From Eledone cirrhosa (taxonomy: Eukaryota): a stretch of DNA of 64,000 nt. The DNA is taken from contig OZ024746.1 in NCBI GenBank assembly GCA_964016885.1, forward strand, positions 99,076,001 through 99,140,000, in the 5' to 3' direction. The position numbers and the translations under genes are program-made. The notes under the pieces are model-generated. The model was not told the DNA's origin. It saw nothing but the letters and a program-made list of their open reading frames with translations, and did no database searches. Shown piece by piece: positions 1 to 13,671 of the stretch. Each line of letters begins with the position of its first letter. The first letter of the stretch is position 1.

Positions 1-240
1 TGCCCTCTGCCTTTGGATCCTGGCCGATAAGATGGAGAATTCATTGCCCCGGAGGACGGCGAGGGAGTCGTTATAGAACAGCCACTTCACCTCGAGGGGC
101 TCACACCTGCGGGCGGCCAACTCTGCTACGATAGCAGTGAGCAAGAATGTGGTCTGGGGGCCAAGAACGCCGGAATATCCACTGCTATAGGCCCTACCAC
201 AAACCTATCCGAGAGCCGTCGATACTTGGACAGGTTGTTG
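1..240 (-). mobile_element. CRE-clade non-LTR retrotransposon, C-terminal RLE fragment (frameshifted)
   Basis: Minus strand reads LSKYRRLSDRFVVGPIAVD / SGVLGPQTTFLLTAIVAELAARRCEPLEVKWLF..SLAVLRGNEFSILS, clearly homologous to 30575-30810. Confidence 0.7.
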
Positions 241-265
241 ATAGATTTATCATGAAATATACGAA

Positions 266-608
266 CTGTTTGTTCGCTTTTTATGCGAAGATGCACTCGT
301 AAACGCGGCGCGTAAAACAAATTCGCGTAATTCAAGTCTAATTTTCTGATGAATAAAAAAATTAAAAACCACACGCGTTATAGCGTGTTATTCGCGCAAT
401 GTGAATATTTAGTAATATTTTTTCAAGACGCGTTAAAGCGAATTCGCGTATTTCAAGTCTAATTTTCTGATTATATAAAAACAAATAAATAAAAACCACA
501 CGCGTTATAGCGTGTTATTCGCGGAAAGTGAATATTTAATAATATCTATTCAAGATGAGTTAAAGCGAATTCGCGTATTTCAAGTTCGCGTAAAAGGCTA
601 ACAGACTG
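266..608. mobile_element. Putative MITE (Tc1/mariner-pogo-like) with internal ~120-bp tandem duplication
   Basis: Imperfect TIRs CTGTTTGTTCGCTTTTTATGCGAA vs TTCGCGTAAAAGGCTAACAGACTG followed by TA; internal unit containing AATTCGCGTA(A/T)TTCAAG occurs about 2.3 times. Confidence 0.5.
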
Positions 609-1247
609 TATATAAATTTCGTATGATACGTGTACTGGAACATCACGTGTACTATTGCTCTGAGTGCAGAAGATAATTAGCAGCTAACACCCCTGACGTT
701 CTCTCTTAGTCGTGTATTAAGACGTGTGTATGAATTGTCTCAATTTTATTTTCAGTCGTTTTAACCTTGTTATATTTGTGTATGATTTCACCCCTATGAC
801 TATGGCTCCCACTAAAACTATGCAATCATTCAAGGACGACTAGCTGCAAGATCTCGAACATAGCAGTGTTACTCTGGGGTATTTAACTGAATCCTTACTA
901 CTGAAAACTAAGGCCTCTACAAACAGTAAAAAAATAATATTCATGTAACTAATTCTAGAACTGATATTACTCTATTCATGGCAAAAGAGAAGTTAACAGA
1001 ATGTGAACCAGCAAGTAAACTGTTTATTGCTGGCGATACCGTAAAACACAAAATTCCGTTCACAAACATTGATGCTCTATAACATGATTTGGCATGGATG
1101 AATGTGGACTGTGTTGTAGAAATGTAAACTTAGTAATTTTCTTGGTGTGGTCAAACCTAGAAGTGTCAAAAACACTAGATTTGTCAACTATGTTTGTGTG
1201 TGTATAAGTGCGGTAAATATATATATATATATATATACATATAAACC

Positions 1248-1470
1248 AGGTATCGTGTGGCTCAGTGGTAAGAGAATCGGATTCGTAATCATGAGGTTGT
1301 GAGTTCGATTCCTGGACTGTGCGATGCGTTATGTCCTTGAGCAAGACACTTTATTTCCCGTTGCTCCTTCTACCTGGAGTTACGACCGATAGATAGTATT
1401 AGCAATTAGAAAGACCAATGGAAACATTGTTTCCTCGGTCCGATTTGACGAAAGTCGATCGACGGTCGAC
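1248..1470 (+). mobile_element. tRNA-derived SINE (family C)
   Basis: A-box-like TGGCTCAGTGG, B-box GTTCGATTCC, body TGTCCTTGAGCAAGACACTT; the tail is shared with 31362-31585. Confidence 0.75.
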
Positions 1471-1666
1471 ATCAGGTCCCAACACAAAGGAACAAAACTC
1501 CCACTGCCACCACTTCCGTCTTTCTCGCTCTCCCTATCTCTCACTATCATGAGCCAATGAGGGCCTAAGCGCTAGCCACCCCACGACCCCGGTAGTCAGA
1601 ATTGAGAAGGCGCTTCTTTGGAGGATGATGAGGGAGACGCGCTGGAAGATCTTCCTCTGACTGTAT

Positions 1667-2018
1667 GCAAAAGACTCATCGATTACATAAAGACTCAGAG
1701 ATTACGCAATGGCTCAGCTATGGCGCAAAGACTCGGCGATTAAGCAATGACTCAGTGATGACGTAACGGTTCAGCGCTTACACAAAGACTCAACAATGAC
1801 GCACATGCTCAGTGATTACGTAATGACTCAGCGATGACGTAAATGCTCAGCGATGACGTAAATACTCAGCGATTATATAAAGACTCAGCGATGGCGTAAA
1901 GACTCAGCGATGACTTAAAGGCTCAGCGATAACGTAATGGTTCAGCGGTGATGTAAAGGTTCAGCGATGACTTAAAGGTTCAGCGATAACGTAAAGGTTC
2001 AGCGGTGATGTAAAGGCT
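1667..2018. repeat. 19-bp minisatellite, consensus ~GACTCAGCGATGACGTAAA
   Basis: About 18 diverged tandem units read directly. Confidence 0.85.
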
Positions 2019-2268
2019 CCTTGGTTACCTCGTATATGCAGTTATACAGTCGGATTGTGTTTCTCGCTAATTTTGATTTGTCTTGACTTATTTTGTTTTA
2101 CTATTTTTCTACACAGCATTATTTAACCATTTACATTACTCTATATAAACTATTATATTTTTACGGTAAAGGATTAATAATGAGTTTTGCCCCATTATAG
2201 TAGTTGGGTAGACTTTGAGGCGTTTCACAGCAAGAGTGTGTCAACTTATTTATTTATTAATATATTAA

Positions 2269-2482
2269 CCCTTTAGCATTTACATTACTCTATATATACT
2301 ATTGTATTTTCATGGCTTTACCTCACATTATCATCTCACATAATATCGAATCTATGAGATTTTGATATTATTTATTTTGAGAACAGCACATTAACATCGG
2401 TATGAGTGGCCAGTTACAACCAGTTTCAATAGAAAAAGTGAGTGAATTCTAGCCGGATATGACCAGTTTAAATGCTAAGGGG
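2269..2482. mobile_element. piggyBac-like MITE
   Basis: TTAA|CCCTTTAGCATTT ... AAATGCTAAGGGG|TTAA: TIRs with a TTAA target duplication. Confidence 0.8.
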
Positions 2483-2626
2483 TTAAATCGCTAAATTATT
2501 ATTGCTAAATTATTGTGAAATACTCAAGTTTAGGAGGCAAAGTAAAAGAGTTCAAGCGATCTTTGAAGCATTTTTTAAGATATTCAGAGTATTATTGGAA
2601 CATTCCTCAGATATCTGTCTTGAGAA

Positions 2627-2827
2627 ATAATGGTTTCTGATTTAGGCAGGGGAGGGGAAAGTCGATTAAGTAGACCCCCAGTGCATTACTGGTACTTCAT
2701 TTCATCGACCCTGTAAGGATGAAAGCAAAGCTAACCTCGGCAGGATTCGAACTCAGAAAACAAAGGGCCATATCTCTATACCATAAATCATGTTGTCCGA
2801 CGCTCTACTGATATTGCCAACCCACCA
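2627..2827 (-). mobile_element. tRNA-derived SINE (family A)
   Basis: Reverse complement of the family consensus TGGCAGTATCGGTAGAG...GTTCAAATCCCGCCGAGG...GCCTTTCATCCTTACGGGGTCGATAAAATAAAGTACCAG. Confidence 0.8.
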
Positions 2828-3309
2828 TCTAAACTATAATAAAGTAAGGAGCGCGGGACTGCGTACGGTTTATAATTTTTTTTATCCCATTAGTAAAATA
2901 AGTTGGATTACTTTGAATAAATAATGAATGAATATTACATAATTTATCTACTAAATTTCGTGGCTGTTCATTAAATATATTTTATTATTTATTTAAAGAT
3001 TCACTTCTTCAAAATTTTCAAATGTCAACACTTCCGGTGGCGATCGCTTAAATAAACATACTAATTTTCTGTCACTAATTTTCTCCTAAAGCAGTTTATA
3101 TATAATATCGTCTTTTTTTAATGTGTCATGGATTACGTTACTGATTACAGAAGACAGTGTAACACAGTCTTCGTTCAATTTCTGTGTATATTGTCATTAC
3201 GATTATATTTGATGTATCATATCTACATGTATATATACTTGCGTATAATATCAATATACACACTACACACGCCAGCAGAAAACCACCCGAAGGGTGGTTT
3301 TTCTACTAG
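2828..3309 (+). mobile_element. Non-autonomous Helitron (family H1)
   Basis: A|TC start (TCTAAACTATAATAAAG), 3' hairpin AGAAAACCACCC-GAA-GGGTGGTTTTCT, CTAG|T end; near-identical inverted copy at 9065-9513. Confidence 0.8.
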
Positions 3310-3479
3310 TCCTCATAATGTTTATTTAAATGTGTAGCAATAGGAGTAATTGTCACATAGTTAATATCATCTGTAAACTAGTGTTTTGTGCTTAAATTAA
3401 GATAGCTGAACATGGATGGAATATATTTTCTACTTTCAGAAGAAATCGTCCACTTTGAGATCCTCTCGTGTAACTTTAC

Positions 3480-3667
3480 CTAACATTTGCATATTGTTAC
3501 ATACACGCTGATATTCAAACTATGCCTCATATTTTGATCGAACATTCGACCATATACCATACATAAATATAATGATGATTTCCTCCGTAAAGTTGGAAAG
3601 AAGGGGTCTGTTTGAGGAAGGAGCCCCGGCGCAATTTCCCCTTTGTCCCCAATTAAATCCGGTCCTA
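3480..3667 (-). mobile_element. hAT-like MITE, partial and diverged
   Basis: Ends in TAAATCCGGTCCTA, preceded by GCCCCGGCGCAATTTCCCCTTTGTCCC, as in the 10358-10664 family. Confidence 0.55.
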
Positions 3668-3904
3668 GGTGGAGTAGCTGTAGCAGCAGGAATCTCTGGC
3701 CATTTTCCGCAGTAACACCTTTGCCATCTTGGATGCAGAGCGCGGTTGAGGCAACGCCCAGTCTGGAGTGTAGTCTCTTCCCCATCCCTTTTATTCATTG
3801 CTTGATCCCTCCTTTTCTCTTTCTTCTTTTCATTTCCATTTTTGTTCCCTTAAAAAAAAATGACTTTTAAAATGTTATATTTCTAATATCCAGCAAGATA
3901 TAAA

Positions 3905-4089
3905 ATAATTGTTTCTACTTTTGGCACAAGGCCAGCAATGATCCCAGAGTATTACTGGTACTTTATTTTATCGACCCTGTAAGAGTGAAAGGCAAAGTTA
4001 ACATCGGCGGGACTTGAACTCAGACCATAAAGGGCCGTAGCTCTTTGCTGCAAAGCATGGTGTCTGACCCTCTACCGATACTGCCAATC
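3905..4089 (-). mobile_element. tRNA-derived SINE (family A)
   Basis: Contains CTGGTACTTTATTTTATCGACCC...GAACTCAG...CTACCGATACTGCCAATC. Confidence 0.8.
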
Positions 4090-4124
4090 TACTACTACTA
4101 CTACTACTACTACTACTAATATTG

Positions 4125-4175
<51 letters not shown>

Positions 4176-4249
4176 TTACTACTACTACTACTACTACCAC
4201 CACCACCACAACCACCACCACCACCACCACCACCACCACCACCACCACC

Positions 4250-4290
<41 letters not shown>

Positions 4291-4294
4291 CACC

Positions 4295-4350
<56 letters not shown>

Positions 4351-4363
4351 CACCACCACCACC

Positions 4364-4403
<40 letters not shown>

Positions 4404-4447
4404 TTACTACTACCACCACCACCACCACCACAACCACCACCACCACC

Positions 4448-4509
<62 letters not shown>

Positions 4510-4576
4510 CACCACCACCACCACCACCACCACCACCACCACCACCACCACTACTACTACTACCACTACCACCACC

Positions 4577-4644
<68 letters not shown>

Positions 4645-4744
4645 CACAACCACCACCACCACCACCACTACTACTACTACTACCACCACCACCACCACCA
4701 CCACCACCACCACCACTACTACTACTACTACTACCACCACCACC

Positions 4745-4824
<80 letters not shown>

Positions 4825-4864
4825 CACCACCACAACCACCACCACCACCACCACCACCACCACC

Positions 4865-4911
<47 letters not shown>

Positions 4912-4966
4912 CACCACCACTACTACTACCACCACCACCACCACCACCACCACCACCACCACCACC

Positions 4967-5007
<41 letters not shown>

Positions 5008-5035
5008 CACCACCACCACCACCACCACCACCACC

Positions 5036-5088
<53 letters not shown>

Positions 5089-5104
5089 CACCACCACCAC
5101 CACC

Positions 5105-5144
<40 letters not shown>

Positions 5145-5188
5145 TTACTACTACCACCACCACCACCACCACAACCACCACCACCACC

Positions 5189-5250
<62 letters not shown>

Positions 5251-5317
5251 CACCACCACCACCACCACCACCACCACCACCACCACCACCACTACTACTA
5301 CTACCACTACCACCACC

Positions 5318-5379
<62 letters not shown>

Positions 5380-5479
5380 CACAACCACCACCACCACCAC
5401 CACTACTACTACTACTACCACCACCACCACCACCACCACCACCACCACCACTACTACTACTACTACTACCACCACCACC

Positions 5480-5553
<74 letters not shown>

Positions 5554-5593
5554 CACCACCACAACCACCACCACCACCACCACCACCACCACC

Positions 5594-5640
<47 letters not shown>

Positions 5641-5692
5641 CACCACCACTACTACTACCACCACCACCACCACCACCACCACCACCACCACC

Positions 5693-5736
<44 letters not shown>

Positions 5737-5929
5737 CACCACCACCACCACCACCACCACCACCACCACCACCACCACCACCACCACCACCACCACCACC
5801 ACCACCACCACCACCACCACCACCACCACCACCACCACCACCACTACTACTACTACCACCACCACCACCACCACCACCACCACCACCACCACCACCACCA
5901 CCACCACCACCACCACCACCACCACCACC

Positions 5930-5990
<61 letters not shown>
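4090..5990. repeat. Compound (CTA)n/(CCA)n trinucleotide array, 1.9 kb
   Basis: Alternating runs of CTA and CCA triplets; source of the poly-G/S, poly-V and poly-P/L ORFs. Confidence 0.97.
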
Positions 5991-6451
5991 GTAGTGTTTA
6001 TCCGAACCATTGTCGCTCTATTCAAAGAGTTCTGGTAGGAATGACAAAAATAACGAATGTTATACTAGTTTAAACAGACTTAATATACAAGGACCAGATG
6101 TAAAATAAGTAATTTGATATTGGAGTTACCAACTGATGTTGTTTCATTTTCTTTACTAACCATATTGGACGCTATGACTACCAGCCCCTATATCTCTTAA
6201 AATAGAAAGTCCTTATACCAAGTCAATTGTTGTTTCAATAATCTAACCGGTTCTGCTTTTGCCATCAGTCTTTGAATTAAGTTTATATAGAGTATAGCTT
6301 TGGTACGATTCAGATTTGCGGCATGTTCTGCATGGATTGTATCTGGCTTTTGGCTTTGAGATTAAACACGGTTCAAAGCCAATTCCGAATGGTCTAATTA
6401 TAATAGAGTATATTTTCTGTTCCGCCCTAATATAAATATATATAGTTCAAG

Positions 6452-6491
6452 ATATATATATATATATATATAGTAATGATATATATATTAA

Positions 6492-6566
<75 letters not shown>
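6452..6566. repeat. (TA)n microsatellite
   Basis: Seen directly. Confidence 0.95.
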
Positions 6567-6570
<4 letters not shown>

Positions 6571-6609
6571 ATATTAAATAAATGGAAACTATATTTATAA
6601 AACCATATC

Positions 6610-6675
6610 TATTTCATTATATATATTTCAGGGACATCATATTAACAATATGCTATGCCTTCCTCAGACAAAATA
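6610..6675 (-). ncRNA. Minimal type I hammerhead ribozyme motif (inverted copy)
   Basis: Exact reverse complement of 6809-6874. Confidence 0.7.
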
Positions 6676-6808
6676 CAATATAAACAGTTTTATAGATAAA
6701 TAGATTTGACATACCGTAACAACATCGACTGCCAATTCAACTTTTCAAATACAAGTCGATGTTGTTACGGTATGTCAAATCTATTTATCTATAAAACTGT
6801 TTATATTG

Positions 6809-6874
6809 TATTTTGTCTGAGGAAGGCATAGCATATTGTTAATATGATGTCCCTGAAATATATATAATGAAATA
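6809..6874 (+). ncRNA. Minimal type I hammerhead ribozyme motif
   Basis: TATTTTGT-CTGAGGA-[AGG CAT AG CATATT GTT AATATG ATG TC CCT]-GAAA-TATATA-TA^ATGAAATA. Stem I has 8 bp (2 GU), stem II is a hairpin, stem III is palindromic. Confidence 0.75.
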
Positions 6875-7001
6875 GATATGGTTTTATAAATATAGTTTCC
6901 ATTTATTTAATATTGTAAATATACTCCAAATACTTGTCGAGTGCTTTTATATCAGTTATAAATATTTACTAGTTGTAACCCAACAATTTAAATATAACTT
7001 T

Positions 7002-7370
<369 letters not shown>

Positions 7371-7799
7371 ATTCAATTCTGTCTTAAATCTATATTTCCC
7401 CCACCCGAGCCCATTCCTATGTTTTGTGTTATGTTTTCTCTTTTATATGTTTTTACACAACACATCAACTGTTTGATGTTCCACTTGTCGTATATAGAAA
7501 CAATTATGGCAATTCTAAAAGTCAAAATCCAGACTCCAAGGAATCGTTTGTGAGGTTGCGACGGCAACAAGTATCCCAAGGAAATAGTAGCGAAAAACTA
7601 AATGTAAAGTAAGTACATTTGATGTGCGAAATTTTATGTTAATATAACACTGCCCACCAGCCCACCAAGTTTTGTTTAGTTACCAAGAATATTTGAACGA
7701 ATACTCATTTCATTTTAGTTCTAAGAAACTTCATACATATCCAGAAACAGCCTGCTCAAGTAATCTAAAAATGAAATTAGTTTTACCAAATTGAATAGA

Positions 7800-8110
7800 C
7801 CCGCCAAGTTTATCCAATCATCTTGTTCATGGTCTACCTTTGGGTCTCCTGCCGGCTGGTTTTGCCCGTAAAATCAGTCAGGCGATCATTTCCTGAGACA
7901 TTCTAACCACATTCCCGTAGTATCGGAGCAGTGATCTCTCAATTCGAAGAAATAGCGGCTCTATCTGGAGTGACTCTCCGAGCTAGGCACTATATTGGAC
8001 ATTACTCCAAAGTCCTTTCGGGGGAAGCCCATTTTGGCCACTTGTATTCGCGATCGTATTCTCTCGATCATTATTCATGACTACTTTACCATGTAGGTCA
8101 GGAGTTAAGC
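7800..8110 (-). mobile_element. RTE-clade LINE 3' fragment (Expander/Rex3-like), degraded
   Basis: Minus strand encodes an EPLFLRIERSLLRYYGNVVRMSQE-type C-terminal motif shared by many copies in the window. Confidence 0.65.
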
Positions 8111-8286
8111 TTGCTGACCAAAATAAGCCTTGGCCTCATCAAAAGTTTTTTAAAACGTGTGTAAAGGACCTTCAAAAATGGAGAAAAGAAACTTTCTAGG
8201 TTTGGTGTTCCTATAGTATGGCTGAGCTCCAAAACAATCCTAGTTATAACATATAATTATGAGAAAACCCATCGCTAAAACAGCCG

Positions 8287-8540
<254 letters not shown>

Positions 8541-8543
<3 letters not shown>

Positions 8544-9047
8544 CATCATCATCATCATTTTACGTCCGCTTTTCCCTGCTTGCAAGGGTGGGACGGGTCT
8601 TATTCAGCACAGCATCTCTCCACTTGTCACGGTCCTTCATCTCCTCTGTGAGCTTCAGCGATCTGAGGTCAGCTCTCACCACCTCCGCCCATGTTTTTCG
8701 TGGTCTTCCTCTACTGCGTCTTCCTTCTACTGGGATTTCTTGGCACTTCCTTCCTTACCCAGCGGTCATCCTCCACACGCATCACATGTTCATACCATCT
8801 CAGTCTTCTCTCCTGCACACCGCAACCTATCCCTCTTAGACCCAGTTTCTCTCTCAACTCACTTATGCTTGGTCGTTCAAACACATTGACATTGCACATC
8901 CAACGGAGCATGCTTGCTTCATTTCTTTCCAGCTGTCGCATATCCTCTGCAGTTGCTGTCCATGTCTCACCACCATGCAGCATCGCATATCTCACACAGG
9001 CATCATATAACCGGCCTTTCGTACGCAGGGAGAAACCCTTCTTTGTC
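8541..9047 (-). mobile_element. RTE-clade LINE 3' fragment with (GAT)n tail
   Basis: ORF 8711-9049: KGRLYDACVRYAMLHGGETW...LRWMC...[11 protein letters not shown]; trinucleotide tail at 8541-8557. Confidence 0.8.
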
Positions 9048-9064
9048 AACAGCCGTTATATATA

Positions 9065-9513
9065 CTAGCAGAAAAACCACCCTCGGGTGATATTCTGCTA
9101 GCATGTGTAGTGTGTATATTGATATTATACGCAAGTATATATACATGTAGATATGACACGTAAAATAAAATCGTAATTGACAATATACACAGAAATTGAA
9201 GAGAGTAACGTAATCCATGATACATTAAAAAAAGACGATATTATATATAAACTGCATTAGGAGAAAATTAGTGACAGAAAATTAGTATGTTTATTTAAGC
9301 GATCGCCAACGTAAGTGTTGACATTTGAAAATTTTAAAGAAGTGAATCTTTAAATAAATAAAATATATTTAATGAACAGCCACGAAATTTAGTAGATAAA
9401 TTATGTAATATTCATTCATTATTTATTCAAAGTAATCCAACTTATTTTACTAATGGGATAACAAATTATAAACCGTACGCAGTTCCGCGCTTCTTACTTT
9501 ATTATAGTTTAGA
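9065..9513 (-). mobile_element. Non-autonomous Helitron (family H1)
   Basis: Reverse complement of 2828-3309, with TC start, hairpin and CTAG end. Confidence 0.8.
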
Positions 9514-10357
9514 TATATATATGAGAAAACTCATCGCTAGACCAGCCGTTAAAATAGCTAAATGCTGTCAAGGACAGCGAATGACAAAAATGCCTCAGAT
9601 GACAGGAACCAGTGGTCAACAGAGAGACAATCCAAGAGATAGTTGACAGGCAAATGAAATATAGAAAATATTGAAAGAGGAGGAGGATGACAAGGATAAG
9701 TGCACAGGAGTGACCAGAAGAAGGAAATAAAGAAAGGTGAAGTAGATGACAATAACCATAGTCATTGTTGTTTGTTATAAATGTGAACGGATTTAATCAC
9801 TACTACAAACCTACGTTGGATTAACCCGATTTGGAATCAGCAAGGCATATTTCACACACAGATGTTCCTATATTCGTGTTCTGTAAAGTTATTTAGTATT
9901 TTAGGTACAAATGGATTCCAAGAAATTGAGTCAAAAACTTTGATGTTGTGGATGGTAGATAGAATTGTACAAGTGTGGAGAGGTTTTAGTGTTGAAGCAG
10001 AGATGTATATCTTGTGTTAGGTTCGTAAATGTTATGTTGATTCAGGGAAGTGGTTTAAATCCAAGTTGCTATTTGAAAAGATGTGCATTTGAGCTAGTGA
10101 TTTCAGGAACCAGCCTTTCTGGAATGATTTAAGGGGTGCACATGAGAATGTATGGCTACTTCATTTAGGGGTTTCTTAGACTCTAGGAATGTCATAATTT
10201 TGACCAGCTTGCAGATTCTACAAATTTAATAATATTTGATAGTATTTGTTAATGTTTGCGAGTGCATTAATTCCTTTGAGTAGATGTGTTTTTAACATGC
10301 CCTGGCCTTTCTAAATCTTTAGATTTTCATTTAGATTATGAAGAAGATATCAACATC

Positions 10358-10664
10358 CAGATTTGGATTTAGATCTTGGGGGTGCCGGGGTACTTCGGGT
10401 TTAGGGAGCCTTCTCATCCACAAAAAGTTAGAATACACAGCAACCTTCCAAACAATTTTACATATCAAAGTTAACTTGGCGCAAGTAATTGGTATTGAAA
10501 AGTTATACATACAGGTATTAGATTCAAAAATTTTAACCATCCTAAAACAAAAAGGCCCAGCTGAGGGCGCACATAAATTTCTTCGGCCATCACTTGTGAC
10601 CCCCTCCCCGCTGCAGGGGGCCTGGGACAATTGCCCTCTTTGCCCTCTATTAAATCCGGCCCTG
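10358..10664 (-). mobile_element. hAT-like MITE, full length
   Basis: TIR-like CAGATTTGGATTTA / TAAATCCGGCCCTG flanked by an 8-bp near-duplicate TCAACATC / TCAGCATC (hAT-size TSD). Confidence 0.75.
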
Positions 10665-10802
10665 TCAGCATCACAGGTTATGTGCTTCCATTGTATTGTC
10701 ATCTGATGACTGAAATCGCGAAATGTCTAATAAGGGCGTTTGCTTAACGTTGGCGAGGGGGTATATGAGGTTGTTATTGTAACCGTTGTTAAGGTCGCAT
10801 GC

Positions 10803-10988
10803 AGTGGATTGGCATTATCGGTAGCTCATTTACGTTCCGAGTTCAAATCCCGCCGAGGTTAGTTTAGCCTTTTATCCTTACAGGGTCGATAAAATAAAGT
10901 ACCAGTAATACACTGGGGTCGACTTAATCGACTTTCCCCTCTCTTTCAAATTGCTGACCTTGTGCCTAGAGTAGAAACAATTATTATA
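10803..10988 (+). mobile_element. tRNA-derived SINE (family A)
   Basis: Matches the family consensus. Confidence 0.8.
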
Positions 10989-11829
10989 ACCGTTGTTGTT
11001 GGCGGTGGCGGCAGCTGCGGTGGTGGAACTAGTGGTGGTGATAGTAATTCTGATTATATTGTAGTGTCACTGCGGTAGAAGAAATGTCGACAGGACGATA
11101 ATTATAAACGGCTGATATAACCAAAACATACAGTATCTACTAAACTAACAATAGAAACAAAATGATCAAAATAACAACTTTGATGGATTTAAAGGAAACT
11201 TTACAATATTTGATAGCATTTAGGAAAAGTGGTGTGGATGTTCGTGAGGTGATCGTTTTCCCCCTCCACTCCTTAGAATTATATTGACGTTAAGCTGTAA
11301 TAATTTCAATAGCCCCCTCTCATATACATTAAACTATTATGTTATATGTGACGCAGTATAAAGTAAGTCAGTTTTCAGTCAAACTAGCTTACTTACTCGA
11401 AGTGTCAGACTGAGGTTAAGGGAAGGGTTGGGCTAGAATATACGAAAATTGCAGCAATGAAAATGGCGTCGGAATCAGCACTGGTTGTGTAAGGAAGGGG
11501 ATGATGAAAATAAAACAATTAGATTTTTTTAAAACCAACAACAACTATAATTATCTTGAAAGTTAAGACGAAGACGTATTGAGTCGGGGGACAGGGTGCT
11601 CCTACGGGACGGAAATTTGAGACTTGAATAATGAATGAATGGTATTCAGACTTAAGTTGGAGTATTAGTTAAAAGTGTTTTTAAAGTTGATGTTTCCGTT
11701 TGGAAACTGCAATAAATAACCAAGGCAGAATAGGATATTTAGACACGTAGCATTTCTATATAACACGTTTGTTCAATCGGAGTGACTAACAAGACTAGTG
11801 ATTAGTTCTCGATTATGTGAAGTTAACCA

Positions 11830-12215
11830 TTCATCATCATTCATCCACATTGCTCTCTGTGGAGTATAGGCCATTGACGACCCTCCACCATCCTACACCA
11901 TCCTGGGCTGCTCTCACTACTCCACTCCAGTTGTCTTCCAGTTTTCTTAATTCAGCCTCAGTGTCATGACTCCATCTGCCGTGGGACCGGCCTCTCTTCC
12001 TCTTATCCTGCTGTTTCCAGGTCACGGCTTGGCATGTGGCGTTGGAAGCTGGTTTCCTGAGGGTATGTCTAATCCAGCTCCACTTCCTCCTCAGAATCTG
12101 CTTTGCCACTGGTTCCTGTCCTGCTCACAGCCACATATTCATTTCTGATCTTCTCTGGCCATTTGATGTTGTAGATGTGTCCCAGACAGGTATTGAAGAA
12201 GGTCTGGATCTTCTG
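11830..12215 (-). mobile_element. RTE-clade LINE 3' fragment
   Basis: ILRRKWSWIRHTLRKP...QAVTW...KRKRGR...WWRVVNGL; (GAT)n tail. Confidence 0.75.
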
Positions 12216-12257
12216 TGAAGTTAAGCTTATATCAAAAGAAATCCATTATTGGGTAAA

Positions 12258-12368
12258 ATCCCGCCGAGGTTAACCTTGCCTTTCATCCTTACGGGGTCGA
12301 TAAAATAAAGTACCAGTAATGCACTGGTTAATTGCTGGCCTTGTGCCTAAAATAGAAACAATTATTGG
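12258..12368 (+). mobile_element. SINE family A, 5'-truncated
   Basis: AATCCCGCCGAGGTTAACC...GTACCAG...CCTTGTGCC. Confidence 0.75.
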
Positions 12369-12459
12369 GTAACATGCAAATCTGTAGAAGGTAAAGTTTA
12401 CAAGAATAACAAAATAGATGCAACAGACTTCAATTCGTGAGTTATAAGCTGATAGGTCA

Positions 12460-12985
12460 TGCAATGGTTTCTTTATTATTTCAAGATGGCCGACTATCAC
12501 TGATATTGTACAGGCTTTAAGATGCAACATTTTCTCAATTTCAATTGATAGATCTTTATACTTACTGAGCTTTCCAAGCTCTTTCGAGATGCTACGACCT
12601 GATGAAATGCTCATGTCAATTAAGGAACATGTTTTCTCTTTATGTTGCTTCACAATTATATCAGGTCTGTTGGCCTTGAATATTAGGTCAGTGTTCACAG
12701 GGAAATCTCATAGGATTGTTATGTTCTCGCCTCCTGTTACCTCATCTGGGTGATGGTTGTGTCCTTTTCCTGCCGTTTTCAGACCATAAGACCTGCACAT
12801 TACCCAGTGTAAGTATTGCCCCTCTCTATTGCCTCGTTTAATGTCCCTGGGGAGGAGCTAATACTTGCAGGTGGTCAATAATCTCAACATGTTCACGACA
12901 GAATCGATACTTTGGGTCATCAGTTCCATTTCTGATCACATTGCCTTGAAAGTTGCGTGATGGAAGATATTGATCTTGTACGGAT
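12460..12985 (-). mobile_element. R4/Dong-like LINE, degraded CCHC-RLE fragment
   Basis: NRPDIIV...LIDMSI...KELGKLSKYKDLSIEIEKM...VIVG is a PD-(D/E)xK restriction-like endonuclease signature. Confidence 0.75.
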
Positions 12986-12989
12986 ATTA

Positions 12990-13250
12990 ATCAACGGAGC
13001 AGCCTGCTCGTGAAATTAACGTGCAAGTGACTGAGCATTCCACAAACACGCGTACCTTTAACGTAGTTCTCATTGAGATTCGGCGTGACACAGAATGTGA
13101 CAAGGCTGGCCCTTCCAATTACAGGTACAACTCATTGTTGCTAGTTGAGTGGACTGGAGCAACGTGAAATAAAGTGTCTTGCTCAAGGACACAACGCACC
13201 GCTGGTAAGCGTGAGCCGAATTCCTTAACTACAAAGCCATCAGCCTTCAC
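12990..13250 (-). mobile_element. tRNA-derived SINE (family B)
   Basis: CAGCCTGCTCGTGAAATTAACGTGCAAGTG...GTGTCTTGCTCAAGGACACAACGC; second copy at 26810-27115. Confidence 0.8.
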
Positions 13251-13284
13251 AATATCTACTGTATATTCTATATTACATTATACC

Positions 13285-13397
<113 letters not shown>

Positions 13398-13671
13398 CAA
13401 TAAATATTAACAGTTTCAAGTGAGGAAATATATCTAACGGTTCATTTCCTCTGTTGAAGTACTAAACGTTTTGTTGATATCACGGGGGAGTTCTGTATCA
13501 AAATAAAACTTGCTAATAAAAGTGAAGTCCGCTTACATAGCATAAAATATATTTAATACCACCCCCTCGCTCTCTCTCTCTCATACTCCGTCTCTTTCTT
13601 TCTCCCCTTTCTATCATGCTGGTATATATATATATTTTAAGGAGTGTTATTTTATTAAATAACACATATTA

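Noticed and set aside
1248-1325. tRNA gene (and similar heads elsewhere)
   Set aside because: A/B boxes run directly into SINE bodies; no clean cloverleaf or Pol III terminator.
3998-6038. Long ORFs of 622-675 aa (poly-G/S, poly-V, poly-P/L)
   Set aside because: Translations of the CTA/CCA array; no unique coding sequence or splice context.
6238-6275. Possible decayed hammerhead on the minus strand (CTGATGGC AAAA GC AGAACCGGT)
   Set aside because: Both core halves are mutated; too weak to call without a consensus.
10696-10735. Hammerhead-like CTGATGA...GAAA
   Set aside because: The intervening CTGAAATCGC cannot form stem II, and stem I is absent.
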